In this document: piece after piece, positions 30,050-40,406 of the stretch
How positions within the stretch are numbered: position 1 is the first letter of the stretch
Layout of the letters: each line of letters starts with the position of its first letter
NCBI GenBank assembly: GCA_963751345.1
Contig: CAVVUS010000011.1
Coordinates: 1 to 64,000, forward strand
From: an uncultured Chloroflexia bacterium
Lineage (GTDB): Bacteria > Chloroflexota > Anaerolineae > B4-G1 > SLSP01
Direction: 5' to 3'
Length of the DNA stretch: 64,000 nucleotides
Made by a program: the position numbers and the translations under genes
Notes under the pieces: generated by a model
Seen by the model: only the letters and a program-made list of their open reading frames with translations
What the model was told of the DNA's origin: nothing
Database searches by the model: none

Positions 30050-31738
30050 ATGGAAAGGATCTCTCTGCAGGATATCCGCTTTTCGTATACTGCGGACAGC
30101 CCGCGTGTTTTGGATGGTCTATCACTGGACTTATTTGCTGGAGAGATTGTCCTGTTGGTTGGTCCCACCGGCAGTGGCAAGACTACCTTGCTGCAGATTA
30201 TCGCCGGCGTCACCCCCCAGGTCACCGGCGGCCACATCGGTGGCAAGGTGTTATTCGACGAAACCGATATCCTCCGGTCTGCGGGTGCAAGCAGGGGGCA
30301 GGTGGGATTGGTGCTGCAGGACCCGGAAGCACAATTGGTCAATCTGACCGTCAGTGACGAGATTGTGTTTGGTCCCGAGAATCTGAACCTGCCTGAGGAT
30401 GAGATACGCGCACGGTTGGAGTGGGCACTCGAGAAATGCCGTTTGACATCCGTGCGCGATGCCTATGTCTACGCGTTATCAGGCGGTCAGAAACAAAGGA
30501 TTGCCATCGCTGCGGGATTAGCGATGAAACCAGAGGTCTTGCTGCTGGATGGCCCACTCACTAACCTTGACCCGCAAGGTGCAAGTGAAGTTCTGCAGAC
30601 CATCACTGAGCTCATCGAGACAAACGCGACCAAAATCGTGGTGATCTCCTCCAACAAGATCGATGCACTGCTGCCGCTGGCAACCCGCATTCTGGTCCTC
30701 AATGAGGGGCGCATCGCATTCGATGAAAAACCGGATGACGTCATCCATATGGCGGATCAATTCGCCGAGTTGGGGTTGTTTGCTCCTGAGGTCGCCTACC
30801 TTTGGCCAACCGTGCGGTTGCGGGAACCTGAGGCTGACCTACCCAAGACAGCAGTGGCGTCAGCTGAAACGCTAGAGAAGTACAATCCTGTCTTTCAGAC
30901 CACGCGTACGAATCGGAGTGCAGCCAACCACCAGGAGAATCTGATTGAGATCGAGGGCGTGAGTTTTGATTATGGGTTAGGACCGGTGCTCACGGGTATC
31001 GACCTGGAAATTGACAAGGGCGAATTCGCTGCTGTGGTCGGCCAGAATGGGTCCGGGAAAAGCACCTTGATGCGCTTGATCACCGGCTTGTGCCAGCCTG
31101 AGAAGGGATCCATCGCCATTGCCGGGAAGGACACCAGAGACTTTTCGCCGCAAGGGATTGTGGGCTACGTCTTCCAGTATCCCGAACACCAATTTGTCTC
31201 TGATACTGTCGAAAAAGAACTCAGATTCGGGTTGGCCGACAAGCTTGCACCGGCGGAGATTGACAGCCGAGTTCGGGAGATCATCTCCCTTTTTGGCATG
31301 GAGGGAAAGGAGGAGGCCTCCCCATATACCTTATCCATCGGGGAGAAGCGGATGTTATCCGTTGCCAGCATGCTCGTCTTGCGCCCGCAGCTGCTGATTC
31401 TGGATGAACCGACCACGGGGTTGGACCGGCGCCTCACAACCAACCTGATGCGGATCCTGAAGCGGTTTGTTGAGGAATCCGGTCTGACCGTGCTGCAGGT
31501 CAGCCACGATATGGAGCAGGTGGCTGAATACTGCTCCAAGGTTGCAGTGATTGATCAGGGGAAAATCACATTTACGGGGACGCCAGTGGAACTGTTCCTG
31601 AACCAGGAGGTCCTCCATCGGGCGAAACTTGATGCTCCCGTCATCTTCCAGATTGCGCACCTCCTTTTTCCGGAGATGGATGCCATTCCGGTGACGGTTG
31701 AGCAGTTCCTGGAGGAGGTTCACTATGCCAGTCATTGA
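30050..31738 (+). CDS. ECF transporter fused double ATPase (EcfAA')
   Basis: Two Walker A motifs (GPTGSGKT, GQNGSGKS), LSGGQKQR, LSIGEKR, QDPEAQ/QYPEHQF. Confidence 0.92.
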   Translation: MERISLQDIRFSYTADSPRVLDGLSLDLFAGEIVLLVGPTGSGKTTLLQIIAGVTPQVTGGHIGGKVLFDETDILRSAGASRGQVGLVLQDPEAQLVNLTVSDEIVFGPENLNLPEDEIRARLEWALEKCRLTSVRDAYVYALSGGQKQRIAIAAGLAMKPEVLLLDGPLTNLDPQGASEVLQTITELIETNATKIVVISSNKIDALLPLATRILVLNEGRIAFDEKPDDVIHMADQFAELGLFAPEVAYLWPTVRLREPEADLPKTAVASAETLEKYNPVFQTTRTNRSAANHQENLIEIEGVSFDYGLGPVLTGIDLEIDKGEFAAVVGQNGSGKSTLMRLITGLCQPEKGSIAIAGKDTRDFSPQGIVGYVFQYPEHQFVSDTVEKELRFGLADKLAPAEIDSRVREIISLFGMEGKEEASPYTLSIGEKRMLSVASMLVLRPQLLILDEPTTGLDRRLTTNLMRILKRFVEESGLTVLQVSHDMEQVAEYCSKVAVIDQGKITFTGTPVELFLNQEVLHRAKLDAPVIFQIAHLLFPEMDAIPVTVEQFLEEVHYASH

Positions 31739-32531
31739 ATACACTAAAGGTACGACATACTTCCATAGATTGTCACCCTTGCAGAAAATCGTATGGGGTT
31801 TCATTATCCTGGTCTGGTTGTTTGTCACCTTCAACCCATTACACACCCTCATCCTGGGCATTATTGTTTTCGCGCAGGCTGTGTTTCTCGCCGGCATCCC
31901 CCTGGGAAGGTTGCTCAAAACCGTGCTGATCATAGGCGTGGCAAGCATTTTCATTATCGTCTTTCAGACCCTGTTGTACCGTGGTCAGACGGTCATGTTC
32001 GAGATCGGTCCTTTCCGTCCCACTCGCGAAGGGCTGTACGTGGGGCTGGCGATTGCGTTCCGGATTCTCTCCATCGTGGCATCGTCGATGATGATTGCCC
32101 GGACGACGGATCCGCACGATATTTTCCTGACGATGACGTCACTGGGGATGCCGTACAAACTGGCATACGCGGTTTTCATCGCCCTTCGCTATATTCCTCT
32201 GATGGAATATGAAGCGGGGAATATCCAATCCGCGCAGTTTGTCCGGGGTATTGTGCAAAAGGAAGGCGGCGGGCTACGGAGCAGAATCAACCAGATCAGC
32301 AAATTCCTGATTCCCTTTATCGCCATCGGGATCCGGCGCGCAGACCAGTCTGCGTTGGCCATGGAGGTCAGGGCTTTTGGCCTCCACACTACCAGGACGA
32401 ACCTACGCAAGCTGAACTTTTCCCGTAAGGGCTGGATATTTGTGGCGGCTTGGGCAGTGGCGTTTGTCGCCTATAATTTGATTATGGAAGCGAACGTTTT
32501 CTCTGTGGTCTTCTTTGAGCCCCCGCATTGA
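31725..32531 (+). CDS. ECF transporter transmembrane T component
   Basis: FHRLSPLQK, ALRYIP, AQFVRG, AMEVRAF conserved Arg motifs. Confidence 0.9.
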   Translation: MPVIEYTKGTTYFHRLSPLQKIVWGFIILVWLFVTFNPLHTLILGIIVFAQAVFLAGIPLGRLLKTVLIIGVASIFIIVFQTLLYRGQTVMFEIGPFRPTREGLYVGLAIAFRILSIVASSMMIARTTDPHDIFLTMTSLGMPYKLAYAVFIALRYIPLMEYEAGNIQSAQFVRGIVQKEGGGLRSRINQISKFLIPFIAIGIRRADQSALAMEVRAFGLHTTRTNLRKLNFSRKGWIFVAAWAVAFVAYNLIMEANVFSVVFFEPPH

Positions 32532-32541
32532 GAGAGGATAG

Positions 32542-34299
32542 GTGAATATGGAACCCGAACTGAGCCGTAAAGACCTTGTCGCCGTTGCGCGCGGGGATGG
32601 CGTAGCAGACATCGTGATTCGAAACGTACAGATGGTCAATGTACTCACGGCAGAGATCATGCCGGCGGACATCGGGATTGTGGGCACTCGTATCTCGTAT
32701 GTCCTGCCCCCGGGTGAGGGTGGGGATGCCAGAGTGACGATCGATGGGACTGGGCTTTATGCGACGCCGGGTTTCATCGATGGTCACGTGCATAACGAAT
32801 CGTCAATGGTGACGCCCGCGAATTGGGCGAAGGTCCTGGTGCCGAACGGCACGACCACGGTGTTTACGGACCCGCACGAAATCACCAACGTCCTGGGGAT
32901 GAAGGGTACGAAATACATGCTGGAGGCCAGTCAGGGATTGCCCTTGCGGTATTATGTGACTGCTCCCAGCTGTGTGCCTGCCGTTCCCTCCATTGAAACT
33001 GCTGGTGCCGAAATCACCTGGAAAGAGATGGAGGAGCTCCTGAGCTGGGACCGTGTGGTCGCCGTGGCGGAAGCTATGGATTTCATGGGATTGATCACCC
33101 AGAGCGGGAACATCACACCGATTGTGGAGGTGGCGCATCGCCAGCAGATCGGCATCGAGGGCCACGCTCCTGCCGTGATGGGCAAGCTCCTGCAGGCTTA
33201 TGCTGCGGCAACCGGACCCGTGGGTTCGGACCACGAAGCGAGAATGACACAAGAGATGCTGGAAAAGGTCCGCTCCGGCATCGTCATCTACGCCCGGTGC
33301 AGCACCTTCGAGGATGATTCCAAGGACATTGCGGATGCCATCAAATCGGTGAAGGACACGCGTATGTTCGGCTTCTGTACGGATGACATTATGCCCCACC
33401 ACCTCGGCAGGGGGCACCTGAACTACGGTATCCGGCGTATGATCCAGGAAGGCATTGATCCCGTGACTGCCATCCAGATGGCTACCATCAACAATGCCCA
33501 GCATTACCGGTTGTATGGGTTGGGGGCGATTGCCGCAGGATGGACAGCGGATATTGTGCTGCTGGACAGCCTGGAGGACGTGAGTGTCCGCCATGTGATT
33601 GTCGATGGTGAGGTTGTGGTTGAGGATGGTGTGTTAGTGGTGGATATTCAGGAACCGGTCGAACCGCTGACGTCCAACAGCGTCCGTATCTTGGAGGGAA
33701 TAACGGCGGACGATTTCCGCCGTATGGGGTCCGGTTCAGGTCAAGTTCGCTTCAACGCCATGAATATGTCTGGTCTCTTCACATCACTAGTGCAGGTGAC
33801 GGCAGAGATAGAAGACGGTCTCCTCACCATGCCTTTACCGGAGGGGGTCGCCATTGCTGCCATTGTCCCCCGTCACGGTCAGGGCAGACCGCCCTCCGTT
33901 TGCTTGACCAGCCAGTATGCCCTGCAGAGAGGGGCTATCGCCTCCACTGTCTCGCATGATAGCCACAACTTGGCTATCTTGGGGAAGAACCCGCAGGACA
34001 TGCTGGTGGCCATGGAAGAAATCAAGAAGGTGGGCGGCGGGTTGACGGCAGTCTTGGATGGAGAGGTGCTGGCGACGGCCCCCCTGCCCATTGCCGGACT
34101 GATGACCCCACTGGCAGTAGAAGAGATTGGCGCACTGATGGACAAGTTCGAGGCCAGTCTGCCTAAATTGGGACTGCCGCAGGCCTTCCCGATTGACCTG
34201 CTGGCGTTGGCGTTGCCCGTGATTCCGCAGGTGCGGTTGACGGACTACGGCCTGGTGGACATCGTCACGCAGCAAGTGCTGCCGGTCGTCGTGGAGTAA
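32542..34299 (+). CDS. ade: Adenine deaminase family amidohydrolase
   Basis: PGFIDGHVHNESSMVTP, GTTTVFTDPHEI, APSCVP, IEGHAP, SDHE, FCTDD, ASTVSHDSHN. Confidence 0.9.
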   Translation: MNMEPELSRKDLVAVARGDGVADIVIRNVQMVNVLTAEIMPADIGIVGTRISYVLPPGEGGDARVTIDGTGLYATPGFIDGHVHNESSMVTPANWAKVLVPNGTTTVFTDPHEITNVLGMKGTKYMLEASQGLPLRYYVTAPSCVPAVPSIETAGAEITWKEMEELLSWDRVVAVAEAMDFMGLITQSGNITPIVEVAHRQQIGIEGHAPAVMGKLLQAYAAATGPVGSDHEARMTQEMLEKVRSGIVIYARCSTFEDDSKDIADAIKSVKDTRMFGFCTDDIMPHHLGRGHLNYGIRRMIQEGIDPVTAIQMATINNAQHYRLYGLGAIAAGWTADIVLLDSLEDVSVRHVIVDGEVVVEDGVLVVDIQEPVEPLTSNSVRILEGITADDFRRMGSGSGQVRFNAMNMSGLFTSLVQVTAEIEDGLLTMPLPEGVAIAAIVPRHGQGRPPSVCLTSQYALQRGAIASTVSHDSHNLAILGKNPQDMLVAMEEIKKVGGGLTAVLDGEVLATAPLPIAGLMTPLAVEEIGALMDKFEASLPKLGLPQAFPIDLLALALPVIPQVRLTDYGLVDIVTQQVLPVVVE

Positions 34300-34351
34300 A
34301 CCGGTATTGGCATGCTCAGTGCGGTTATCCAATAGGGCTATAGCATGATTG

Positions 34352-34377
34352 GAGGGGCGCAGCATGCTGCGCCCCTC
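34352..34377. repeat. REP-like perfect palindrome
   Basis: GAGGGGCGCAGCATGCTGCGCCCCTC, 26-bp perfect inverted repeat after ade. Confidence 0.65.
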
Positions 34378-34536
34378 TTCTCGTAATACGTTCTCTAGTA
34401 TCTGAAGCTCGGTAGAATCGCCTTAGAATTTCGTGACCGCGCGATGCACAGATTACGGATTGCGCTTCACATAGCAAGTTTCTCGAACCGAAATGAACTC
34501 CCCACCCAAACTCGTAAATTAGCAGGAGGATCAAAG

Positions 34537-35554
34537 ATGGAATACCGATCATTGGGAAGAACCGGTGTCTTGGTCTCACCGATATGCCTGGGAACGATGA
34601 ATTTCGGCGATCGAACGGATGAGGAGACGTCCATTGCCATTGATTAACAAAGCTATCGATGCGGGAATCAACTTCATAGATACAGCGGATGCCTATGGCC
34701 GTGGTGAAAGTGAGCGTATCGTCGGTCAAGCACTCGCTGAGAATGGCAAACGGGATCAAATTGTCCTGGCGACGAAAGTCCATGGGCGGATGGGGGACGG
34801 CGTGAACGAGCAAGGGATCTCCCGATACCATATTATGAAAGCGTGTGAAGACTCTCTGCGTCGTTTGCAGACCGATCACATTGACCTGTACCAACTCCAT
34901 CGCCCAGATCTCGATATTCCTCAAGACGAATCATTGAGAGCCATGGATGATCTAGTGCGTTCGGGTAAGGTAAGGTATATCGGCTCCTCCAATCATGCCG
35001 CATGGATGGTCATGGAATCCATTGCTGTCAGTGAGCGATTGGCCATCTCACGACTCATCAGCACGCAGCCACCCTATAACCTGTTGGATCGGCGTATTGA
35101 GAATGAGTTAGTGCCGGTAGCGCTGAAATATGGCCTTGCGGTTTTGCCATGGTCCCCCATCGCCGGGGGTCTCCTATCCGGCAAGTACACCCTGGATATG
35201 GCCGATGGCACAGCTTTTCCGCCTGACACCCGTGCCGGATCAGGATGGAAACCCATCCTAAGGCGGATCAATAGCAGAGCCCTTGAAGTCGCGACAGCTG
35301 TGAAAGAGATGGCTGAGGAGCGCGGTCTGAACACCGCACAACTTGCGACACTTTGGTGCAAAGACCAACCCGGCATTACCGCACCGATTATCGGGCCACG
35401 AACCATGCACCATCTGGATGATGCCCTCGCCATCATTGACATGCATCTCGATGAAGCTGACCGGCCCTTATTTGATGCTCTGGTGCATCCCGGCAACGCC
35501 GTTGCTGATTTCCACAATGCTAACCCTTGGATGAAAGCCCGCCTTCAGGTGTGA
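34537..35554 (+). CDS. Aldo/keto reductase (frameshift near 34640)
   Basis: MEYRSLGRTG..CLGTMNFG, FIDTADAYG, LATK, SLRRLQTDHIDLYQLH, PWSPIAGGLLSGKY. Confidence 0.9.
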
Positions 35555-35659
35555 CTAGGAGCCGGTAACTTCGGCACTTCCATCGGGAACAGGGGGAGTA
35601 CCGGTGGGATAAAGTGCCCCCTAGATGATGCCCATTCGATAGCTATGGAGGTTATCTGA

Positions 35660-37450
35660 GTGAAAACGTCACAGCATCCGGACATGACCTGGTGGAGAGA
35701 CGCCCGGTTCGGTATGTTCATCCACTGGGGGCTCTACGCCATCCCCGCAGGGGAGTGGCACGGCGAGCGGATCCCGAGCGCCGCAGAGTGGATAATGAAC
35801 CGGGCCAGAATACCCGTACGTGAGTATGAGAAGCTGGCAGAGCAGTTCAACCCGGTCGATTTCGATGCCGATGCGATTGTGCAGCTCGCTAAGGACGCCG
35901 GGATGAAGTATCTGGTGATCACCTCCAAGCATCACGACGGATTCGCGCTCTTCAGGTCCAAGGCATCATCCTACAACGTCGTGGACGCTACACCGTTCAA
36001 ACGCGATATCATCGGCGAGATGGCCGCGGCGTGCGATCGAAAGGGTATACGCTTCGGCGTCTACTACTCCCAGGCCCAGGATTGGCACCATCCCGACGCC
36101 GCGGGCAACACTTGGGACTGGCCGGATGAGAGCAACAAGGACTTCCGCCGGTTCCTGGACGAATTGGTCTTCCCTCAGGTCGATGAACTGCTCAGCAACT
36201 ACGGGCACCTGTCGGTGCTCTGGTTTGATACGCCGGTCAAGATCACAGAGGGCCAGTCACAAGAGCTACTCGCTTTCGTGCGCGAAAAGCAGCCCGAGTG
36301 CATCGTCAACAGCCGGCTTGGTCCGGGCGGCGGCAGCGAGTGGGGCGACTTCGTGTCGCTGCGGGACAATGAGGTCCCTACCATGCCATTGACGGAAAAT
36401 GGCGAGACCTGCGCCACGCTCAACGGAACCTGGGGCTACTCCAAGTTTGACGCCGAATGGAAGACACCGGCCCAGGTGGCGAGGCTGATGTCGGATATCG
36501 CCGCAAAGAACGCCAACTATCTGCTCAACATCGGCCCTGACGCGCGCGGACGCGTGCCGGAGCGAAGTGCGCAGATCCTGCGTGAGGTGGGCGCCTGGCT
36601 CCAGACGAATGGGGAAGCCATCTACTGCACCCAGCCGACGCCATTCCCGGCTAACTTCGATTGGGGCGCCGTGACCCATCGTAAGGGTAAGCTCTACTTC
36701 CACATCTTCGATGAGAACGTCCGCGGCCTCAAGGTCGTCGGGCTTCGCAACAAGGTAACCCGAGCCAGCTTTCTGGATGCGCCGGACACGAAGTATCCGG
36801 TCCGGCAGATGCCGGTCACCGCGGACGGGAGCCTGGTGGAGACGACGATCGAGACCGGGCCGATCTCGATCGGGCCGATTGGTGACGCGGCACCGCACCG
36901 CGTGCTCGCGCTCGAGATCGAGGGTGAGGCAGATGTGGCGCCCGGCATCGTGCAGCAACCGGATGGCAGCATCGTGCTCGAAAGCCTGGCTGCGATCGAT
37001 ACAGCCACGGGTGAGTCCATCGCGCCGGCTATCATGGCGCGCGGGGCCGTGGCGCGATCCCTAGAGGAAGGCATGTGCCTGGCCTGGGAGTTCAGGGTCC
37101 TGACGCCCGGCACCTACGAGATCGCTGCCGACTGTGCGACAAGCCGTACTGCAGACCTCGCCGGAAATAAGCTGGTGGATACCGGGCACGAGATCATCAT
37201 CAACGTGAATGGCGAAACGATCCCGGCGGTCATCCACGAGGATGCCCGTCAACCTATCCGCGGTAATGCTCACTGGATGTGCATATCGAGTGGTATCGGC
37301 ACGGTGCGCTTCGATGAACCGGGCCTATATACGCTGACACTGAGTGTCAACAGCGTCGTGACCGGCAAGGGCGGCGGATTCATCCTGCGCAACCTGAGGC
37401 TGAGCCACGCCCCTGCGATCTCTACACGGGGAACAAGGATAAGCGGGTAG
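35660..37450 (+). CDS. Alpha-L-fucosidase (GH29)
   Basis: WWRDARFGMFIHWGLY, TSKHHDGF, LWFD, WGY, YLLNIGP, NGEAIY. Confidence 0.93.
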   Translation: MKTSQHPDMTWWRDARFGMFIHWGLYAIPAGEWHGERIPSAAEWIMNRARIPVREYEKLAEQFNPVDFDADAIVQLAKDAGMKYLVITSKHHDGFALFRSKASSYNVVDATPFKRDIIGEMAAACDRKGIRFGVYYSQAQDWHHPDAAGNTWDWPDESNKDFRRFLDELVFPQVDELLSNYGHLSVLWFDTPVKITEGQSQELLAFVREKQPECIVNSRLGPGGGSEWGDFVSLRDNEVPTMPLTENGETCATLNGTWGYSKFDAEWKTPAQVARLMSDIAAKNANYLLNIGPDARGRVPERSAQILREVGAWLQTNGEAIYCTQPTPFPANFDWGAVTHRKGKLYFHIFDENVRGLKVVGLRNKVTRASFLDAPDTKYPVRQMPVTADGSLVETTIETGPISIGPIGDAAPHRVLALEIEGEADVAPGIVQQPDGSIVLESLAAIDTATGESIAPAIMARGAVARSLEEGMCLAWEFRVLTPGTYEIAADCATSRTADLAGNKLVDTGHEIIINVNGETIPAVIHEDARQPIRGNAHWMCISSGIGTVRFDEPGLYTLTLSVNSVVTGKGGGFILRNLRLSHAPAISTRGTRISG

Positions 37451-37456
37451 GGTAGT

Positions 37457-39592
37457 GTGATGACCTTGAAAGACCTGATGCCCCTCGACGCGTGGGAGGC
37501 GCTTGCCCCTGGCGTCTGGCGGGTCCGGTTCGGGGAAACCGGCAAAGAGTTGGCCTACACGAGCCTGGCAGCCCGTGAGCCACGGTTCGCCGCGCTCAAT
37601 GAGTTGTCCGCCCCTTCCTTCCCGTTTTCGGATGCACCGATCCTGGCAAGCCGATCTGAGGACCGGCTGATTCAGGTACGCATACCGGTTGATGCCGGGG
37701 AGTCGATCTACGGCTTCGGGCTTCAGTTCGACGGCACCAGGAAGAGCAAGCAGGTTCTCGATCTACACGTAGACCATTGGGCGAGCGGCGGTGGACGCAC
37801 CCACGCACCGGTGCCGTTCTACATCTCCAGCAAGGGCTACGGCGTACTCTTCAACACGGCCCGGTTCCTCAAGGTCTACGTGCAGGTTGGCAATCGTAAG
37901 GACTCACCGAATAACCCGCCTCCGGTTGACCGGGTTCCCCCACCTCAGGAACCGGCGTCACGCCCGTGGACTGCACAACCGGAGAGCGATGCCATTGAGG
38001 CGCATCTTTCAGCGAACGGGCTGGAAATGGTCGTGTTTGCCGGTGAGAGCATGCAGGACGTGGTTGCCCGCTACAATCTCTACTGCGGGGGCGGTGCCCT
38101 GCCTCCCCTATGGGGGCTCGGGTTCTGGCATCGGGTGATGAGTGACTTCACCGACCAGCAGGCCGAGGATGAGGTCGATGCGTTCGCGGAGCACGACATG
38201 CCGCTCGACGTCTTGGGATTGGAACCCGGGTGGATGACACGTTCCTATCCCTGTACGTTCGAGTGGCAGAAGCATCGCTTCCCGGAGCCTGGAGCCTTCG
38301 CTCAACGCATGGCGCACAAGGGCATCCGCCTGAACCTCTGGGAGAATCCGTATATCTCACCCGAAGGCAAGCTCTACGAGCAGCTTTATCCCTATTCCGG
38401 ATCGCATCTCGTCTGGCTCGGGCTTGTTCCGGACTATACCCTGCCTGAGGCGCGGGACATTCTCTGCAGCCAGCACGCAGAGGACCATCTGAGCATTGGG
38501 GTTAGCGGCTACAAGATCGATGAAGTCGACGGCTACGACCAGTGGCTTTGGCCGGAGCATGCCACGTTCCCCTCCGGTACGCCTGCCGAGACCATGCGGC
38601 AGACGTACGGGCTGATGATGCAGACTATGCTCTACAAGCGGCTGTTCCACGCCAACAACACCCGCACCTACTCACTCGTGCGCGCCAGCAACGCCGGTGC
38701 ATCGGCCTTGCCGTTCGTGATCTACAGCGACGCCTACAGCCACGCGCAGTACATCACGGGTATCTCAGCGGCGTCCCTGTGTGGCATCCTGTGGACACCC
38801 GAAGTACGTCAGGCGGCCACAGCCGAGGAGTGGCGGGCCAGAATCCAGACTGTCTGCTTCTCGCCGCTCGCGATGCTAAATGCGTGGGCGTCGGGGAAAA
38901 AGCCGTGGGACTACGAAAGCGTCGTTGACGACGTGCGGGAAGCCATCCGCCTGCGGATGCGGCTGCTCCCGTACCTATATACAGCGTTTGCGAGTTACAA
39001 TCGTTTTGGAATCCCCCCTATGCGCGCCATGGTGTTGGAGCAGGGAAACTCAGATGCGCCGGTCCAGGCCGACTGCGCGGAACTCGACGACGTAACCAAC
39101 CCGTACGGAGAAGCCACCGAGCACAATCCGGACGATCAGTTCATGTTCGGGCCGTCCATCCTGGTCGCCCCCTATTACGAACAGCAGACGCTGAAGCGCA
39201 CCGTCCGGTTACCACGTGGCGACTGGTACGACTTCTATACCGGTGAGTTCGTTGGTAACGGCACCACGATTGAGGTCGCTACCCCTGAACATATACCGCT
39301 GTTCGTGAAAGATGGTGCCGTGATACCGATGCTCACACAACACGTGGACAACACCCGCCAGGCCTTTGGTCACCCGCTCGAAGTACGGCATTACGGCGAG
39401 ATCCCCGGGTCGTTTGAGCTGTACGAGGACGACGGCGTGAGTTTCAATTACGAAGACGGCGCATTTGGCCTGCGCCGGTTCGATTTTGCCGCGGGCAGGG
39501 GCACCGAGACCATCCTCAGACCAGGCCCAAACATGTTCGGCACAGTTGAGCGCTGGGTGCAAATGACTGACAGCCGCGAGGCACCAGAATGA
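37457..39592 (+). CDS. Glycoside hydrolase family 31 (alpha-xylosidase/glucosidase-like)
   Basis: THAPVPFYISSKGYG, PPLWGLGFW, GYKIDEVD, RMRLLPYLYT, QFMFGPSILVAP, LYEDDG. Confidence 0.9.
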   Translation: MMTLKDLMPLDAWEALAPGVWRVRFGETGKELAYTSLAAREPRFAALNELSAPSFPFSDAPILASRSEDRLIQVRIPVDAGESIYGFGLQFDGTRKSKQVLDLHVDHWASGGGRTHAPVPFYISSKGYGVLFNTARFLKVYVQVGNRKDSPNNPPPVDRVPPPQEPASRPWTAQPESDAIEAHLSANGLEMVVFAGESMQDVVARYNLYCGGGALPPLWGLGFWHRVMSDFTDQQAEDEVDAFAEHDMPLDVLGLEPGWMTRSYPCTFEWQKHRFPEPGAFAQRMAHKGIRLNLWENPYISPEGKLYEQLYPYSGSHLVWLGLVPDYTLPEARDILCSQHAEDHLSIGVSGYKIDEVDGYDQWLWPEHATFPSGTPAETMRQTYGLMMQTMLYKRLFHANNTRTYSLVRASNAGASALPFVIYSDAYSHAQYITGISAASLCGILWTPEVRQAATAEEWRARIQTVCFSPLAMLNAWASGKKPWDYESVVDDVREAIRLRMRLLPYLYTAFASYNRFGIPPMRAMVLEQGNSDAPVQADCAELDDVTNPYGEATEHNPDDQFMFGPSILVAPYYEQQTLKRTVRLPRGDWYDFYTGEFVGNGTTIEVATPEHIPLFVKDGAVIPMLTQHVDNTRQAFGHPLEVRHYGEIPGSFELYEDDGVSFNYEDGAFGLRRFDFAAGRGTETILRPGPNMFGTVERWVQMTDSREAPE

Positions 39593-39654
39593 AGCGCCTT
39601 AACGTGGCCTGAAGTGGGGCGGTCGACCTGGGTGTGGCATGATCACCACTGATA

Positions 39655-40280
39655 TCATCTCAAGCCCAGACGTTCATACTGCTCTTCAGGGCAGTCAGCG
39701 CTCTTCATAGCACGTACCAGCATATCCTGCATGCGTCTCTCTGCGGCAGTGCCGCACAGATCATGCAACTGATGGTAATCTTCGACAATGTTGAAGCACT
39801 TGTTCTCGAATATCTCCTCATGAACGCCGAATTCGGGGATGCCGGGCACCCGTAGCACGGGAATGTCGATATACGGCAGAAAGTGGCCCAGCTCGGCGTC
39901 TTTCATCCTCACAACTTCCATGCGGTGGTGGTATTCGGTGGGCATCAAGAAGTACTGGTACAAGGGGCTGTTGTCTCGGGATGCCGGACCCCGGAAGTAC
40001 ACGTACTCCCCATCAGTCACATTCACCGTCTTGCCGTACCAGCCAAAAAGAGCCGCGCTATGCTGCTGTGGCGTATTGTGCTCAGCGATATCTAGGAATG
40101 ATCTCCCATGAATTGCGTGGTCAGTCCGGGTCCCAAAGAACTCGGTAAGTGTTGGAAACATATCGATGCTCTGAGTCAGTTGGCTGCGCCGTTCTCCCGC
40201 ATGCCTGTTACCTGGCAGATGTACGAACATAGGAATGTGGGAGAGCTCATTCCATGCGTGACAGGCGTTCTTCCCTCTTG
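39655..40280 (-). pseudogene. C-terminal fragment of a sulfatase
   Basis: GKN..WNELSHIPMFV, LTQSIDMFPTL, IHGRSF; the N-terminal CxPxR region is missing. Confidence 0.7.
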
Positions 40281-40406
40281 TCAGCGAGTCTGGCCATGTT
40301 AGGGGTGGCGACGGCCTTGCAGCCATAGGGACTCAAGAAACGACGGCACAGCGTGTCGTACAGGATCACGATTGCTTTCATGCATGTTCCCCTTCAGTAT
40401 CCGGAT

